Shown here: positions 8,812 through 16,722 of the stretch, piece after piece
Numbering within the stretch: the first letter of the stretch is position 1
Layout: each line of letters opens with the position of its first letter
IMG/VR virus record: IMGVR_UViG_3300022542_000148
Origin: a virus
Length of the DNA stretch: 38,938 nt
Direction: 5' to 3' (one strand)
Translations under genes and position numbers: made by a program
Notes under the pieces: generated by a model
Database searches by the model: none
The model's input: only the letters and a program-made list of their open reading frames with translations
Told to the model about the DNA's origin: nothing

Positions 8812-9345
8812 CTAGAAGTCTAAGTCGTCATCATCAATGTCGTCCAAACTCTCACTAGACTTAGTCGATGAGTTGGTAGCTTCGAAGCCGTCTTCATCTT
8901 CAAACTCTTCTAAGCTCTCATAAGATACTAAATCGATCACCTGGACTTTTCTTAGCTTCGCAGCAATCTTAATCTTACCGTCATCCCTATCATCTTCCCA
9001 TTCCTTAGCAGCGAACACAACGTTTACTTTAGAGCCGTTACCTACGATGCCATTAAAGGGTTTCCTCTTGGCGTCGACCACCTCTGGGCCTTCTAAGTCC
9101 TTACCTTCGTACTCGGCCCGCTTACTGATGTTAACGAAAGGCTTACCAATATAATCCTGCATCAACTCGTTATCCGTCTCCTTAACTTTCTTGATATTGA
9201 AGCCTTTAGCTTTCAATTTCTTGGCTGTCTTAATATCTAAGATTAAGTCTAGAGTGTATGACGAAGGTATAATTTTTTTCTTATACTTGGACGCCGGCTT
9301 CGGTCTATTTAGGTATGGCCACAGTGCGATTCCTGATAATATCAT
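8812..9345 (-). CDS. ssDNA-binding protein, T7 gp2.5-like
   Basis: 177 aa; acidic C-terminal tail ending DDIDDDDLDF (terminal Phe as in gp2.5); position between primase-helicase and polymerase. Confidence 0.7.
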   Translation of the reverse strand: MILSGIALWPYLNRPKPASKYKKKIIPSSYTLDLILDIKTAKKLKAKGFNIKKVKETDNELMQDYIGKPFVNISKRAEYEGKDLEGPEVVDAKRKPFNGIVGNGSKVNVVFAAKEWEDDRDDGKIKIAAKLRKVQVIDLVSYESLEEFEDEDGFEATNSSTKSSESLDDIDDDDLDF

Positions 9346-9373
9346 AATAATACTCCTAGTTGTTGTTTAATTA

Positions 9374-9401
9374 ACTATAGCACATTAGATAAGAATGTCA
9401 A
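9374..9401 (-). promoter_or_regulatory. Sigma70-type internal promoter upstream of the SSB/polymerase genes
   Basis: Minus strand reads TTGACA-16 nt-TATAGT, followed by AGGAG and ATG 9345. Confidence 0.6.
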
Positions 9402-9402
9402 G

Positions 9403-11043
9403 CTAATCTTCATCTAATTCGTTGCTGCATATAACAGACAATCTTCCTGTCTCATGCGAATACTCTAAGGTATCAGCATACCCTACCCTACCGCCCCTGC
9501 GGCACTTAAGTACTTTCAATTTGATTTGATCTTCTGTCCCGCTCCCAAATTGGTTACGCTCTAGGGCGATAACGTAATCGCTTATCTGCTCCAATGAGGC
9601 GCTACCACGTAAAGCACTTAAAGTTACTTTGCCTCCATTATTATAATCTCTAGCATCACTTGGGGGCCGCTTCAGATGGCTGATAGCTATGACACTTTTA
9701 CCGGTGGCTTGTATCACTGTCCGCAGGTTGGTCATCAGTATGTCGATATCCTTACGTTCCCCTTGGCTAGACGTTGTGCCTGAGATGGCCATGGATATGT
9801 GATCAAGTATCACGAAGTCGCAATCACAACCTACCATCATATACTCAATCTTTGATATGAGGGTTGCAGAATCCAACGACCCGAAGTGCTTGTAAAATAC
9901 TCCTGTCTCGGCCAATTTATCACGGGACTCTGTCCTCTTAGGCAAGTCTATAAGGTCAGGGTTCATGTTAAAGTCTTCACACTCTACGTTCGAATCCATG
10001 GCTATGTAATCTTTCATAGCTTCCTTATCGCCTTGCTCTAAGAAGATACACCCGACCTTAATACCCTTGTTGAACATAAGGTCGTACGCTATCTCTTTGG
10101 CTACCGTACTTTTACCTAACCCTGAACCAGCACAGAACATATACAAGGCTGAGTGCTTTAACCCACGTAGTAAGTGGTTCAGCTTGGGGAAGGGTAACTC
10201 GATACCTCTACCCTCTACTTCGTAAAGCTGCTCATCAGTGTAGTCCTCTACAGTAACGATATCCTTGGGCCTGTGTCCAACCGCGCGTATCTCTAGTTGG
10301 GATACCTCTCCACCCCTACCCTTCTGGTACATGCTACACACATCCTCTCCGTCAGGCATCTGTGCAATCTTCGCCTTGGGACCTAACAACTCGACAGCAG
10401 CCTCAGCAGCAGCTCTACCAGCCTCATCCCCATCAAACATTAATACTATCCGCTTAAATCCTAATAGGTATTCTTTGGCTTTAGCTAGGCCCTTCAGGGA
10501 TTGCTTACCGGCCCCATCTAATAGGCTTAGCACTGGCCACTGGTCATCATTCAATGTGCTCCTACATAAAAGGTCGGGTTCGCCTTCACAAATAGTGACG
10601 CCCAGCTTAGGGTTAGGTTCCCATAAGTCCATACCCCATAACGGAGGCACCTGAGACTTATCTCCTAACCACATACACTTAGGCTTATTCAGGTTGTTGG
10701 GGTCCTTCTTGAGCTTAAGCTTCTGTGCGACCACAGCGCCACCCTTGTAGTAAGACATGCACATGGCTGACTCACCGTTGTATTGAGCTATGGTGCATTT
10801 AAACTTACGGGCTGTCTCTAAACTGATACCTCTAGAGGGAATGGCTTTGTACTCACCTATCGGTATCATGGGACGGGTCTTCTTCTGAACTGTACGTACA
10901 AAATCTTCACTCATAACACCTTCCCCTAATTCGTGGTGACCGCACTCGTGGCAGTAGACCCCATTCTCATACACAGCTAGACTCTTACCCTCACCAGTGC
11001 GGCTACACTTGGGGCATGCTTTGTTCTCAAGTAGGTTACTCAT
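9403..11043 (-). CDS. Bifunctional primase-helicase, T7 gp4-like
   Basis: Zn finger CPKC...CHEC, TOPRIM EGEPD / DGDEAG, Walker A GSGLGKST, Walker B VILDH; start moved to ATG 11043 (GGAG 7 nt upstream). Confidence 0.9.
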   Translation of the reverse strand: MSNLLENKACPKCSRTGEGKSLAVYENGVYCHECGHHELGEGVMSEDFVRTVQKKTRPMIPIGEYKAIPSRGISLETARKFKCTIAQYNGESAMCMSYYKGGAVVAQKLKLKKDPNNLNKPKCMWLGDKSQVPPLWGMDLWEPNPKLGVTICEGEPDLLCRSTLNDDQWPVLSLLDGAGKQSLKGLAKAKEYLLGFKRIVLMFDGDEAGRAAAEAAVELLGPKAKIAQMPDGEDVCSMYQKGRGGEVSQLEIRAVGHRPKDIVTVEDYTDEQLYEVEGRGIELPFPKLNHLLRGLKHSALYMFCAGSGLGKSTVAKEIAYDLMFNKGIKVGCIFLEQGDKEAMKDYIAMDSNVECEDFNMNPDLIDLPKRTESRDKLAETGVFYKHFGSLDSATLISKIEYMMVGCDCDFVILDHISMAISGTTSSQGERKDIDILMTNLRTVIQATGKSVIAISHLKRPPSDARDYNNGGKVTLSALRGSASLEQISDYVIALERNQFGSGTEDQIKLKVLKCRRGGRVGYADTLEYSHETGRLSVICSNELDED

Positions 11044-11218
11044 CGCTAATCTCCACAAAGTCCTCGACGTAGCCGACTGTTTTCTGGTATACATCAGTAT
11101 TAATCCAACCCCTTCGATAATATATCTCAACCGTGCGGAGAATTTCTTTAGCTTTTCCTGACTTCTCTATACCCTCCAGAGCCTCCAGCTCCATCACGAG
11201 ATACACGAGCCCCTTCAT
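11036..11218 (-). CDS. Hypothetical protein (60 aa)
   Basis: ATGA overlap with the upstream small ORF; 8-nt overlap with the primase start. Confidence 0.65.
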   Translation of the reverse strand: MKGLVYLVMELEALEGIEKSGKAKEILRTVEIYYRRGWINTDVYQKTVGYVEDFVEISDE

Positions 11219-11394
11219 TTCTCACCCACTAAGATTAGAATCACCATAAAAATAAGTAAACCACAGATAAGACCCAAAGGAAACAAGATAGGTAAGAACA
11301 CTAACCACCACGAGGCAGTGATAACACCTGATACCTTCAACACTATAAGTAATAGAGTGGCCAACATAGCCGCATTATTTACTAAAGTTTTCAT
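11215..11394 (-). CDS. Small membrane protein (59 aa, two hydrophobic helices)
   Basis: Not in the ORF track (<60 aa); ATGA start/stop overlaps at both ends. Confidence 0.7.
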   Translation of the reverse strand: MKTLVNNAAMLATLLLIVLKVSGVITASWWLVFLPILFPLGLICGLLIFMVILILVGEK

Positions 11395-11963
11395 GTCATT
11401 AATCCTCCACGAAGTAGATGTCGCACAGCAAAATCATCTATATTATCTAAATATAATTTATACCTTGTACCAGATAAATTGACAATTACCCCCTCTGCAG
11501 GATGAAATCCGTTAACCTTACTGCCATGATCTCTTAGGCCTACTAAGATGCCATGAATAGAATCCAAGTTGAACGGTCCCTTATAGAGTAGGGGAACTGG
11601 CTCAACCAAATGTTTTAATCCCTCGAGCACTTCCAAGAACGGGTCAAAACTAAAAAATTTACGTTCTCGTAACCCTTCAGAGTTCTGAATCCCAGGCCCA
11701 CACCACTCGCCGTAGTGTCTACCTGGACCCAGTACATCATACAAAGCTTGTAGATTCTCCCCAGCCCATTTATAGAACCCAAAGTTATCATGTAGTGCGC
11801 ATAGTTTCCTGTTGCGGGACCCGGCGAACCATTGTATGCAGCCAGAAGAATCCTCCCGAAACGTTATCTGAGCATTTGTACCTTCCATCTTCTGGGTAAT
11901 AATCATGTCTGCGTCCATAAAACGTTTAATCTTAGGCCACCGTTTAAATTCTAAGTCCCGCAT
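11391..11963 (-). CDS. Minimal RNA ligase-like nucleotidyltransferase (Rnl2 / RNA_ligase family, adenylyltransferase domain only)
   Basis: 190 aa; motif I QKMEGTN (T4 Rnl2 has EKIHGTN), YGEWCGPGIQ, AEGVIV, YKLYL; GGAGG SD. Confidence 0.55.
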   Translation of the reverse strand: MRDLEFKRWPKIKRFMDADMIITQKMEGTNAQITFREDSSGCIQWFAGSRNRKLCALHDNFGFYKWAGENLQALYDVLGPGRHYGEWCGPGIQNSEGLRERKFFSFDPFLEVLEGLKHLVEPVPLLYKGPFNLDSIHGILVGLRDHGSKVNGFHPAEGVIVNLSGTRYKLYLDNIDDFAVRHLLRGGLMT

Positions 11964-11967
11964 ATCA

Positions 11968-12162
11968 TTAGTCCTCCAATATGTTACTCTCTAAATAATT
12001 GATAATAAAATCCACTGCCTCAGCCTTAGTCTTAAATGTGCCCACATCATAATTATAATCATTACCTTGTTCGTATACCACGAAACAATATTCAATATCG
12101 CTGCACCTAAAACAACTCAGAGACGTCACCATTGAGATAGAATACCCCCTAATTTTACTCAT
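11968..12162 (-). CDS. Hypothetical protein (64 aa)
   Basis: ATGA overlap with 12159..12581. Confidence 0.65.
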   Translation of the reverse strand: MSKIRGYSISMVTSLSCFRCSDIEYCFVVYEQGNDYNYDVGTFKTKAEAVDFIINYLESNILED

Positions 12163-12581
12163 CTTATTCTCCTTAAATACGTTGCCGCACGCAGCAATGT
12201 TTTAGTGCTATCTCTGCTAAATCCTAACATGCTATTACAATGTCGGCATAATAATCCACGAACAGCGTTGGTCTTGTGGCAATGATCTACGAACAACTTA
12301 ACGTCAGAGCAATCCGATTTATGTGTATCGCATATCATGCATCTATGTTCACACTTATCTAGCATAACTTGATACTCCTGCAAAGTTATATTATATGCAC
12401 TACGCAGACCTTCACCACGCCTTCTCCGCGCTTTGTGGTATTCATTAAACTTCCCTCGGCGCTTATCCCGATATACTTTCGCACAGCTTCGACACCTATA
12501 GGACAAGCCGTCCCCTCTAGTGCAGTCACTGTAGAACGATTTAGGTTCTTTCAGCTCTTTACATACAGTACATTTCTTCAT
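12159..12581 (-). CDS. Recombination endonuclease VII (T4 gp49-like junction resolvase)
   Basis: Cys-rich N-terminus; FVDHCHKTNAVRGLLCRHCNSMLG. Confidence 0.85.
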   Translation of the reverse strand: MKKCTVCKELKEPKSFYSDCTRGDGLSYRCRSCAKVYRDKRRGKFNEYHKARRRRGEGLRSAYNITLQEYQVMLDKCEHRCMICDTHKSDCSDVKLFVDHCHKTNAVRGLLCRHCNSMLGFSRDSTKTLLRAATYLRRIR

Positions 12582-12778
12582 AACCAGTCATGCTTATGTT
12601 TACAGCCCGTAATTATCTCTATTGCATGAGCTATCGGATTCACTCCCCATATCCAAACCACTACCGACACGATGTTAGTTGTTTTTGTTTCTAAAATTAA
12701 TAACATAACCACCAAAGTAGTGACAATAACTTTCGCTATTGTGTGTGCCAATTTATATCTTCGCTGCCCAATAGTCAT
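12578..12778 (-). CDS. Small membrane protein (66 aa)
   Basis: Start moved from 12871 to ATG 12778, which forms an ATGA overlap with the upstream 57-aa ORF. Confidence 0.6.
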   Translation of the reverse strand: MTIGQRRYKLAHTIAKVIVTTLVVMLLILETKTTNIVSVVVWIWGVNPIAHAIEIITGCKHKHDWL

Positions 12779-12948
12779 AGCCATTTCGCTCCCAAAATAG
12801 TGCAGATAAATATAAGGGCGAGGCATAAGCCGGTTGCCCCTACGGCCACGAAGCCTAGTATGACTAGGCAATCAGCGACAAAAGGCTTGCGGCGCTCAAA
12901 GTCTACCATTTCATCGCGAACTAACCTGTCTTTCTCTTGTTTACGCAT
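12775..12948 (-). CDS. Small membrane protein (57 aa)
   Basis: Not in the track; GGAGG 8 nt upstream of ATG 12948; hydrophobic C-terminal half. Confidence 0.65.
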   Translation of the reverse strand: MRKQEKDRLVRDEMVDFERRKPFVADCLVILGFVAVGATGLCLALIFICTILGAKWL

Positions 12949-12951
12949 TAT

Positions 12952-13287
12952 TTATTCCTCCCCCACATTAAGATAAATAACACAAGGACAATCTAAATCC
13001 GACCAATGTCCCAAGGCATACGACGGCTTGAAATACGATAGTTCATCCACGTAAAAGGAGTGCTTATCTATCCTCGGATAGAACCGTAAACAATTGTCCA
13101 GATCACCTACTGATTGACGCTTCTCAGCGGAATAACCTACCGCATCAAGTTTGTCAAGTGCTTGAATATACTCAATGTCTAACATAATATGCCCACTAGA
13201 CTGAGTCAACCGCTCAGTAATCAAGGTCAAAGCCTCTGTCTCTGTAAGTAACTGCTCGTTGTATTTGTATACTGTGGGTGTGTTCAT
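12952..13287 (-). CDS. Hypothetical protein (111 aa)
   Basis: Operon context, SD upstream. Confidence 0.7.
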   Translation of the reverse strand: MNTPTVYKYNEQLLTETEALTLITERLTQSSGHIMLDIEYIQALDKLDAVGYSAEKRQSVGDLDNCLRFYPRIDKHSFYVDELSYFKPSYALGHWSDLDCPCVIYLNVGEE

Positions 13288-13310
13288 AACATGTTCTCCT
13301 TTGGTCTTAT

Positions 13311-13601
13311 CTAAAGTATAGTCTTCTTGATACGTTTTGTCAAGAGAATAATGTTAGATATTACTCGATCATTTGGCACGACATGTGCATACCACTGATA
13401 TATGATGGGAGCAGCGTTCTCCATACCAAGTGAGAGCTCTTTACCTTCAGCCCAGGAGTATGTAATAGGCTTGAGTTGCCCTATCGTTATAGTGTTCAGA
13501 TGTCCTGCAGCCTCGTGGGTAGCCTGATGTCCACCAACTTCATGTGTAGCCCATGGCGCCACCTTTCGGAGTTCCAGCAAGGCTTCATCAAAGGATATCA
13601 T
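13311..13601 (-). CDS. Hypothetical protein (96 aa)
   Basis: ATGA overlap with 13598..13912. Confidence 0.65.
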   Translation of the reverse strand: MISFDEALLELRKVAPWATHEVGGHQATHEAAGHLNTITIGQLKPITYSWAEGKELSLGMENAAPIIYQWYAHVVPNDRVISNIILLTKRIKKTIL

Positions 13602-13912
13602 AAGTACCTACCAGACTCATCAGCCATACCGTTAAGGCTCACAGTATTCTTACGCAACTGCTCCCTCTCCGTCTGAAGTATGCGCAACATTGCATACAAC
13701 TTATCCCTAGAACGTGTGTGAATCCAAAGACTTAGCTCACATTCCGCCGGGTTGAATGTCGTATATTTGCTGATTATTTCCTCCCAACAGGATTGGGATA
13801 GGTCCTGTAATTCCTCATCGGGGAGCCTCCAAAGGAACTTACGACACTGGTTGGTCACAGGTGTGTGGTACTCTGGGTACAGATCGTCTCGGTGTGGCTT
13901 ATCTGCTGTCAT
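13598..13912 (-). CDS. Hypothetical protein (104 aa)
   Basis: Operon context, overlaps the upstream gene. Confidence 0.65.
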   Translation of the reverse strand: MTADKPHRDDLYPEYHTPVTNQCRKFLWRLPDEELQDLSQSCWEEIISKYTTFNPAECELSLWIHTRSRDKLYAMLRILQTEREQLRKNTVSLNGMADESGRYL

Positions 13913-14141
13913 GGCGTACTCCTTGGAAATGTGCGGCGCACTTAGCGCTTAACTCTCTGATTAATAGCTTCTGCTCCTCAGATAAGCTCTTCTTCCTATC
14001 GTAAGATAACAGAATATCGCAAACCTTACGCAGACAGTCGTGGTAATACTTACCATTAACAGCCGCCAGACATGCTAGATCATGCTGCTCTACTGATTCT
14101 AATTCTGGGTCATGCTCTAATACTATACTCACAGTCTTCAT
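13899..14141 (-). CDS. Hypothetical protein (80 aa)
   Basis: AGGAGG 5 nt upstream of ATG 14141. Confidence 0.65.
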   Translation of the reverse strand: MKTVSIVLEHDPELESVEQHDLACLAAVNGKYYHDCLRKVCDILLSYDRKKSLSEEQKLLIRELSAKCAAHFQGVRHDSR

Positions 14142-14150
14142 CACGACCTC

Positions 14151-14339
14151 CTATTTATTCTTTGAATACCTATACTTAGCTACCTTAACACCGAACTCTT
14201 TGACCACGCGTCTCAGAATCCCCTCGAGCTCTATATAGGTATTATCTGTTTGGCCCTGTTTAGATATGTAGGTATCTATTCGTTTAAGTATAGCTTCCGC
14301 CATCTTCCTTTCTCTACTTAACGGTTTCCGAGTTTTCAT
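14151..14339 (-). CDS. Hypothetical basic protein (62 aa)
   Basis: GGGAGGG SD and ATGA overlap. Confidence 0.65.
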   Translation of the reverse strand: MKTRKPLSRERKMAEAILKRIDTYISKQGQTDNTYIELEGILRRVVKEFGVKVAKYRYSKNK

Positions 14340-14542
14340 ACTACCCTCCCCTTATAATTTAATCTTTCATTACAATCACGGCAGTGATAAGTGGGGCGGT
14401 ACGACCGTCCTTCCCCAACCCAGCAGTTGAATTTCTGATCTTTATGTTTACATTTACTAAGTTTGTACCAAGCCCGTATGCTCTTATTAACGACTGTCTG
14501 ATACCGTTTAGGCAACGATGCATACATATCTAACACTTTCAT
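14336..14542 (-). CDS. Hypothetical Cys-containing protein (68 aa)
   Basis: GGGAGGG SD and ATGA overlap; CKHK...C...CRDC. Confidence 0.65.
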   Translation of the reverse strand: MKVLDMYASLPKRYQTVVNKSIRAWYKLSKCKHKDQKFNCWVGEGRSYRPTYHCRDCNERLNYKGRVV

Positions 14543-14712
14543 ATTACCCTCCCAGAGGCCCGTAGCTCCCTCTCTCGCGCTTCTTTGCCCAACTCGAAGG
14601 CTGAGGTCAGATACAGTAGAATAAGGCTGCTAGCAGCTCCTGATGAACCCTCAGCTACATCTTTAACTAACTGGTTACGCATCATTTCGATATCAATTAA
14701 ACTTGTATTCAT
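14539..14712 (-). CDS. Early small protein, paralogue B (57 aa)
   Basis: Start set at ATG 14712 (ATGA overlap); shares AEGS...ILxYLTSAFELGxEARERxLR with the upstream gene. Confidence 0.7.
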   Translation of the reverse strand: MNTSLIDIEMMRNQLVKDVAEGSSGAASSLILLYLTSAFELGKEARERELRASGRVI

Positions 14713-14888
14713 AAGTCTCTCACCCTCCATTCGGACCTAAGATCTCTCTCACGAGCTTCTTCACCTAATTCAAAGGCTGAGGTCAGATACATTAGAATAA
14801 TGCCGCCGATGGCCTCTGTGGAACCCTCAGCCATATCTTTCATAAGTTTCTCATACAGTATGTCGACATCTTGTAAGCTTTTACTCAT
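14709..14888 (-). CDS. Early small protein, paralogue A (59 aa)
   Basis: AGGAG 9 nt upstream of ATG 14888; paralogous to 14539..14712. Confidence 0.7.
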   Translation of the reverse strand: MSKSLQDVDILYEKLMKDMAEGSTEAIGGIILMYLTSAFELGEEARERDLRSEWRVRDL

Positions 14889-14900
14889 AATCATCCACTC

Positions 14901-15053
14901 CTATAAAGCGCTTAAGGCGCTGATACCATAAACACAAAGAGCGAATACGAAGAATCTACCTGCTGTGATATTAATCCCACCAACAGCCTTCATCAACTTA
15001 CCGCCCAACAGTAACACTAACAAAATAATAATAATCGTAAGTAATATCAACAT
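14901..15053 (-). CDS. Small hydrophobic protein (50 aa), first ORF of the leftward operon
   Basis: Not in the track; AAGGAG 6 nt upstream of ATG 15053; lies just downstream of the leftward promoter. Confidence 0.6.
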   Translation of the reverse strand: MLILLTIIIILLVLLLGGKLMKAVGGINITAGRFFVFALCVYGISALSAL

Positions 15054-15084
15054 GTGTTTCTCCTTAATTTCACTCTATACAACA

Positions 15085-15112
15085 AGTATATCACAGTTAT
15101 CACCATTGTCAA
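15085..15112 (-). promoter_or_regulatory. Leftward sigma70-type promoter
   Basis: Minus strand reads TTGACA-16 nt-TATACT, ~20 nt upstream of the first SD. Confidence 0.7.
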
Positions 15113-15164
15113 GGAGAACTTCAACATATTTCAATGTGCTCGCACATAAACATAAGAGCTTTAA

Positions 15165-15212
15165 TTAGGGCCGTTAAGCCTCGTATTAGGGCCTAAGAGC
15201 CTGTTTTAGGGC
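15165..15212. repeat. Three TTAGGGC iteron-like sites spaced 21 and 20 bp apart
   Basis: TTAGGGC at 15165, 15186 and 15206. Confidence 0.7.
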
Positions 15213-15226
15213 TGTTATGTTGGTCA

Positions 15227-15385
15227 CACAGAGAGATCTTGTCAATAATCTTTGAAGATATCTCTCTAGGATACCACAGAGAGATCTTGTCAATAATCTT
15301 TGAAGATATCTCTCTAGGATACCACACAAATTACCACGAAGATTACCAGCTGGTAATTTCTCTAGGATACCACACAAATTACCAA
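15227..15385. repeat. 48-bp-period repeat array: two identical units, one variant unit and a partial fourth
   Basis: 15227-15274 is identical to 15275-15322. TCTCTAGGATACCACA recurs every 48 bp. 15343-15358 is the perfect palindrome ATTACCAGCTGGTAAT. The array is bracketed by GTCACACA (15223) and TGTGTGAC (15407). Confidence 0.9.
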
Positions 15386-15473
15386 GCCTAAAAGTTGTTA
15401 GTAATTTGTGTGACAATTCATACACTTACATACAATATTTACATGTTATTCGGGGCGCGAAGCAGTGAGAGGG

Positions 15474-15673
15474 GATTAACCTTATGCGTCATGATAGCAA
15501 TACTCTGCTTAGCATACTACATACTTATAATAGATATTATTATATATACATGTATATATTATTACAATATATAAACATATTACTATAATATGTATACATA
15601 ATTAGATTATATATACATATCTACTACAGTAGTATTACTAAACAGTGTATATGCTACATAAGGTATTAACCTT
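15474..15673. promoter_or_regulatory. AT-rich unwinding-element-like core flanked by direct repeats (candidate replication origin)
   Basis: ATTAACCTT at 15475 and 15665 flanks 15521-15646, which is almost pure A/T with palindromes TATATACATGTATATA, ATGTATACAT and TACTACAGTAGTA. Confidence 0.45.
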
Positions 15674-15734
15674 GATGCTACGATACTTTCAGGGTATGGT
15701 ATAAGCCATACACCAGAGCTTAAAGAAGATCATC

Positions 15735-15910
15735 GTAATTAAGTCATGTCTCCTACCAGCATCACGCTCTTACAATACTCCCCCGGTTTACTCACTCGGG
15801 GCCATGTCGTGCTGGTCACATACTCCACAGGTGCTATCCCAGAGTATGACAAGAAAGTCTCCCTTCTCACTTAACCCTAAGACGGTGTGCAATACAGCCG
15901 ACTTAATTAC
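15735..15910. other. Structured ~176-nt non-coding element closed by an 11-bp perfect helix
   Basis: GTAATTAAGTC (15735-45) pairs with GACTTAATTAC (15900-10). Internal stems: ACCAGCA/TGCTGGT, CCCCG/CGGGG and CATACTC/GAGTATG. Confidence 0.4.
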
Positions 15911-15919
15911 TTAAAGCAT

Positions 15920-15948
15920 TTGACTTCTCTGCCGATACGCCCTATACT
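15920..15948 (+). promoter_or_regulatory. Rightward sigma70-type promoter
   Basis: TTGACT-17 nt-TATACT, then AAGGAG and ATG 15969. Confidence 0.7.
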
Positions 15949-15968
15949 AGATAACAAAGGAGAAAAAT

Positions 15969-16532
15969 ATGACTGATAAACATAACATACTCAAGTACAA
16001 AGGTATATTATTCAAACATATTAGAAATCACGGCGACTATGCTATTAGTCAATGCGGCCTTATCCTAGACAGGAACGGACTGCTGAAACCGTCTGTAGGC
16101 GCCTATGGGCGACTATTAGTACCATACCTAGAGGCTGACCCAGAGTGGCTTGATATTGTCGTGTGGCGGGCCTGGGTGGGCCTCCTAGGTAACAATCCAC
16201 GAAACATGAGGCATAAGTTGTGTCATGTGGACGGAGATATAAGTAATAACCACTTAAATAACCTTCACCTCATTGATAAAGATGGGAATATAACACCCGC
16301 ACCAGCTATTATAGCTACCGAGGATGTTATCTTCAAGGAACCTGACCTAACTACCTACAGCCCTAAACCCACCAAAAGGGATAAACTTACTGCTGATGAT
16401 GTTAGAGATATTAGACAGTTAGCAATTAGCAACGCAGGCTTTAGGAAGGGAGAGTTAGCTAAGAAGCTCGGCATAGATGTTAGGACTTTACGTAGAGTAT
16501 TGAGACTAGAGTCATGGAAAGACGTTAAGTGA
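15969..16532 (+). CDS. HNH homing-endonuclease-like protein with a C-terminal helix-turn-helix
   Basis: NUMOD4-like N-terminus (GDYAISQCG), HNH core CHVDGDISNNHLNNLHL, C-terminal HTH (GELAKKLGIDVRTLRRV). Confidence 0.7.
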   Translation: MTDKHNILKYKGILFKHIRNHGDYAISQCGLILDRNGLLKPSVGAYGRLLVPYLEADPEWLDIVVWRAWVGLLGNNPRNMRHKLCHVDGDISNNHLNNLHLIDKDGNITPAPAIIATEDVIFKEPDLTTYSPKPTKRDKLTADDVRDIRQLAISNAGFRKGELAKKLGIDVRTLRRVLRLESWKDVK

Positions 16533-16722
16533 TTGATAATATAGGTGATTGGTGTTAGACTTCTTAATCGGCTGTATCACGCACCCTCTTGGGTTTAAGT
16601 GAAGGGATAGAAAATTAACTCATCGCGTTAATGGAGTGCTGACAGCCTAGCGAAGCCGACGACAACGATGTCAACCATTGAACGCCTAACTATCCTATAC
16701 ATTAGACACAGAGGTTACGTAC

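Noticed and set aside
11044-11130. N-terminal 29-aa extension of the primase-helicase ORF
   Set aside because: The extension overlaps the upstream 60-aa gene and has no SD. ATG 11043 has GGAG 7 nt upstream and immediately precedes the zinc finger.
14965-15168. 67-aa plus-strand ORF
   Set aside because: It is antisense to the 50-aa SD-led ORF, runs across the leftward promoter, and has no SD.
15227-15385. 48-bp repeats as a CRISPR array
   Set aside because: The units are directly adjacent and two are fully identical, so there are no unique spacers. There are no cas genes. The repeats look like protein-binding iterons or operators instead.
15186-15425. 79-aa minus-strand ORF with internally repeated peptide (LCGILERYLQRLLTRS twice)
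   Set aside because: It is simply the translation of the 48-bp tandem repeats in the control region. It has no SD, and it lies upstream of the leftward promoter on the same strand, with no promoter I can see to drive it.
15746-15877. 43-aa plus-strand ORF (MSPTSITLLQ...) inside the structured element
   Set aside because: It has no SD and lies upstream of the rightward promoter. The pairing pattern explains the sequence better than coding does. It remains an alternative if Ribo-seq shows translation.
16533-16722. Sigma70-like promoter TTGATA-17-TAGACT and a 24-aa ORF at 16668
   Set aside because: The -10 is only a 4/6 match, and the same TTGATA-containing motif elsewhere (20117, 20248) has no -10 at the equivalent spacing. 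The mini-ORF has no SD.
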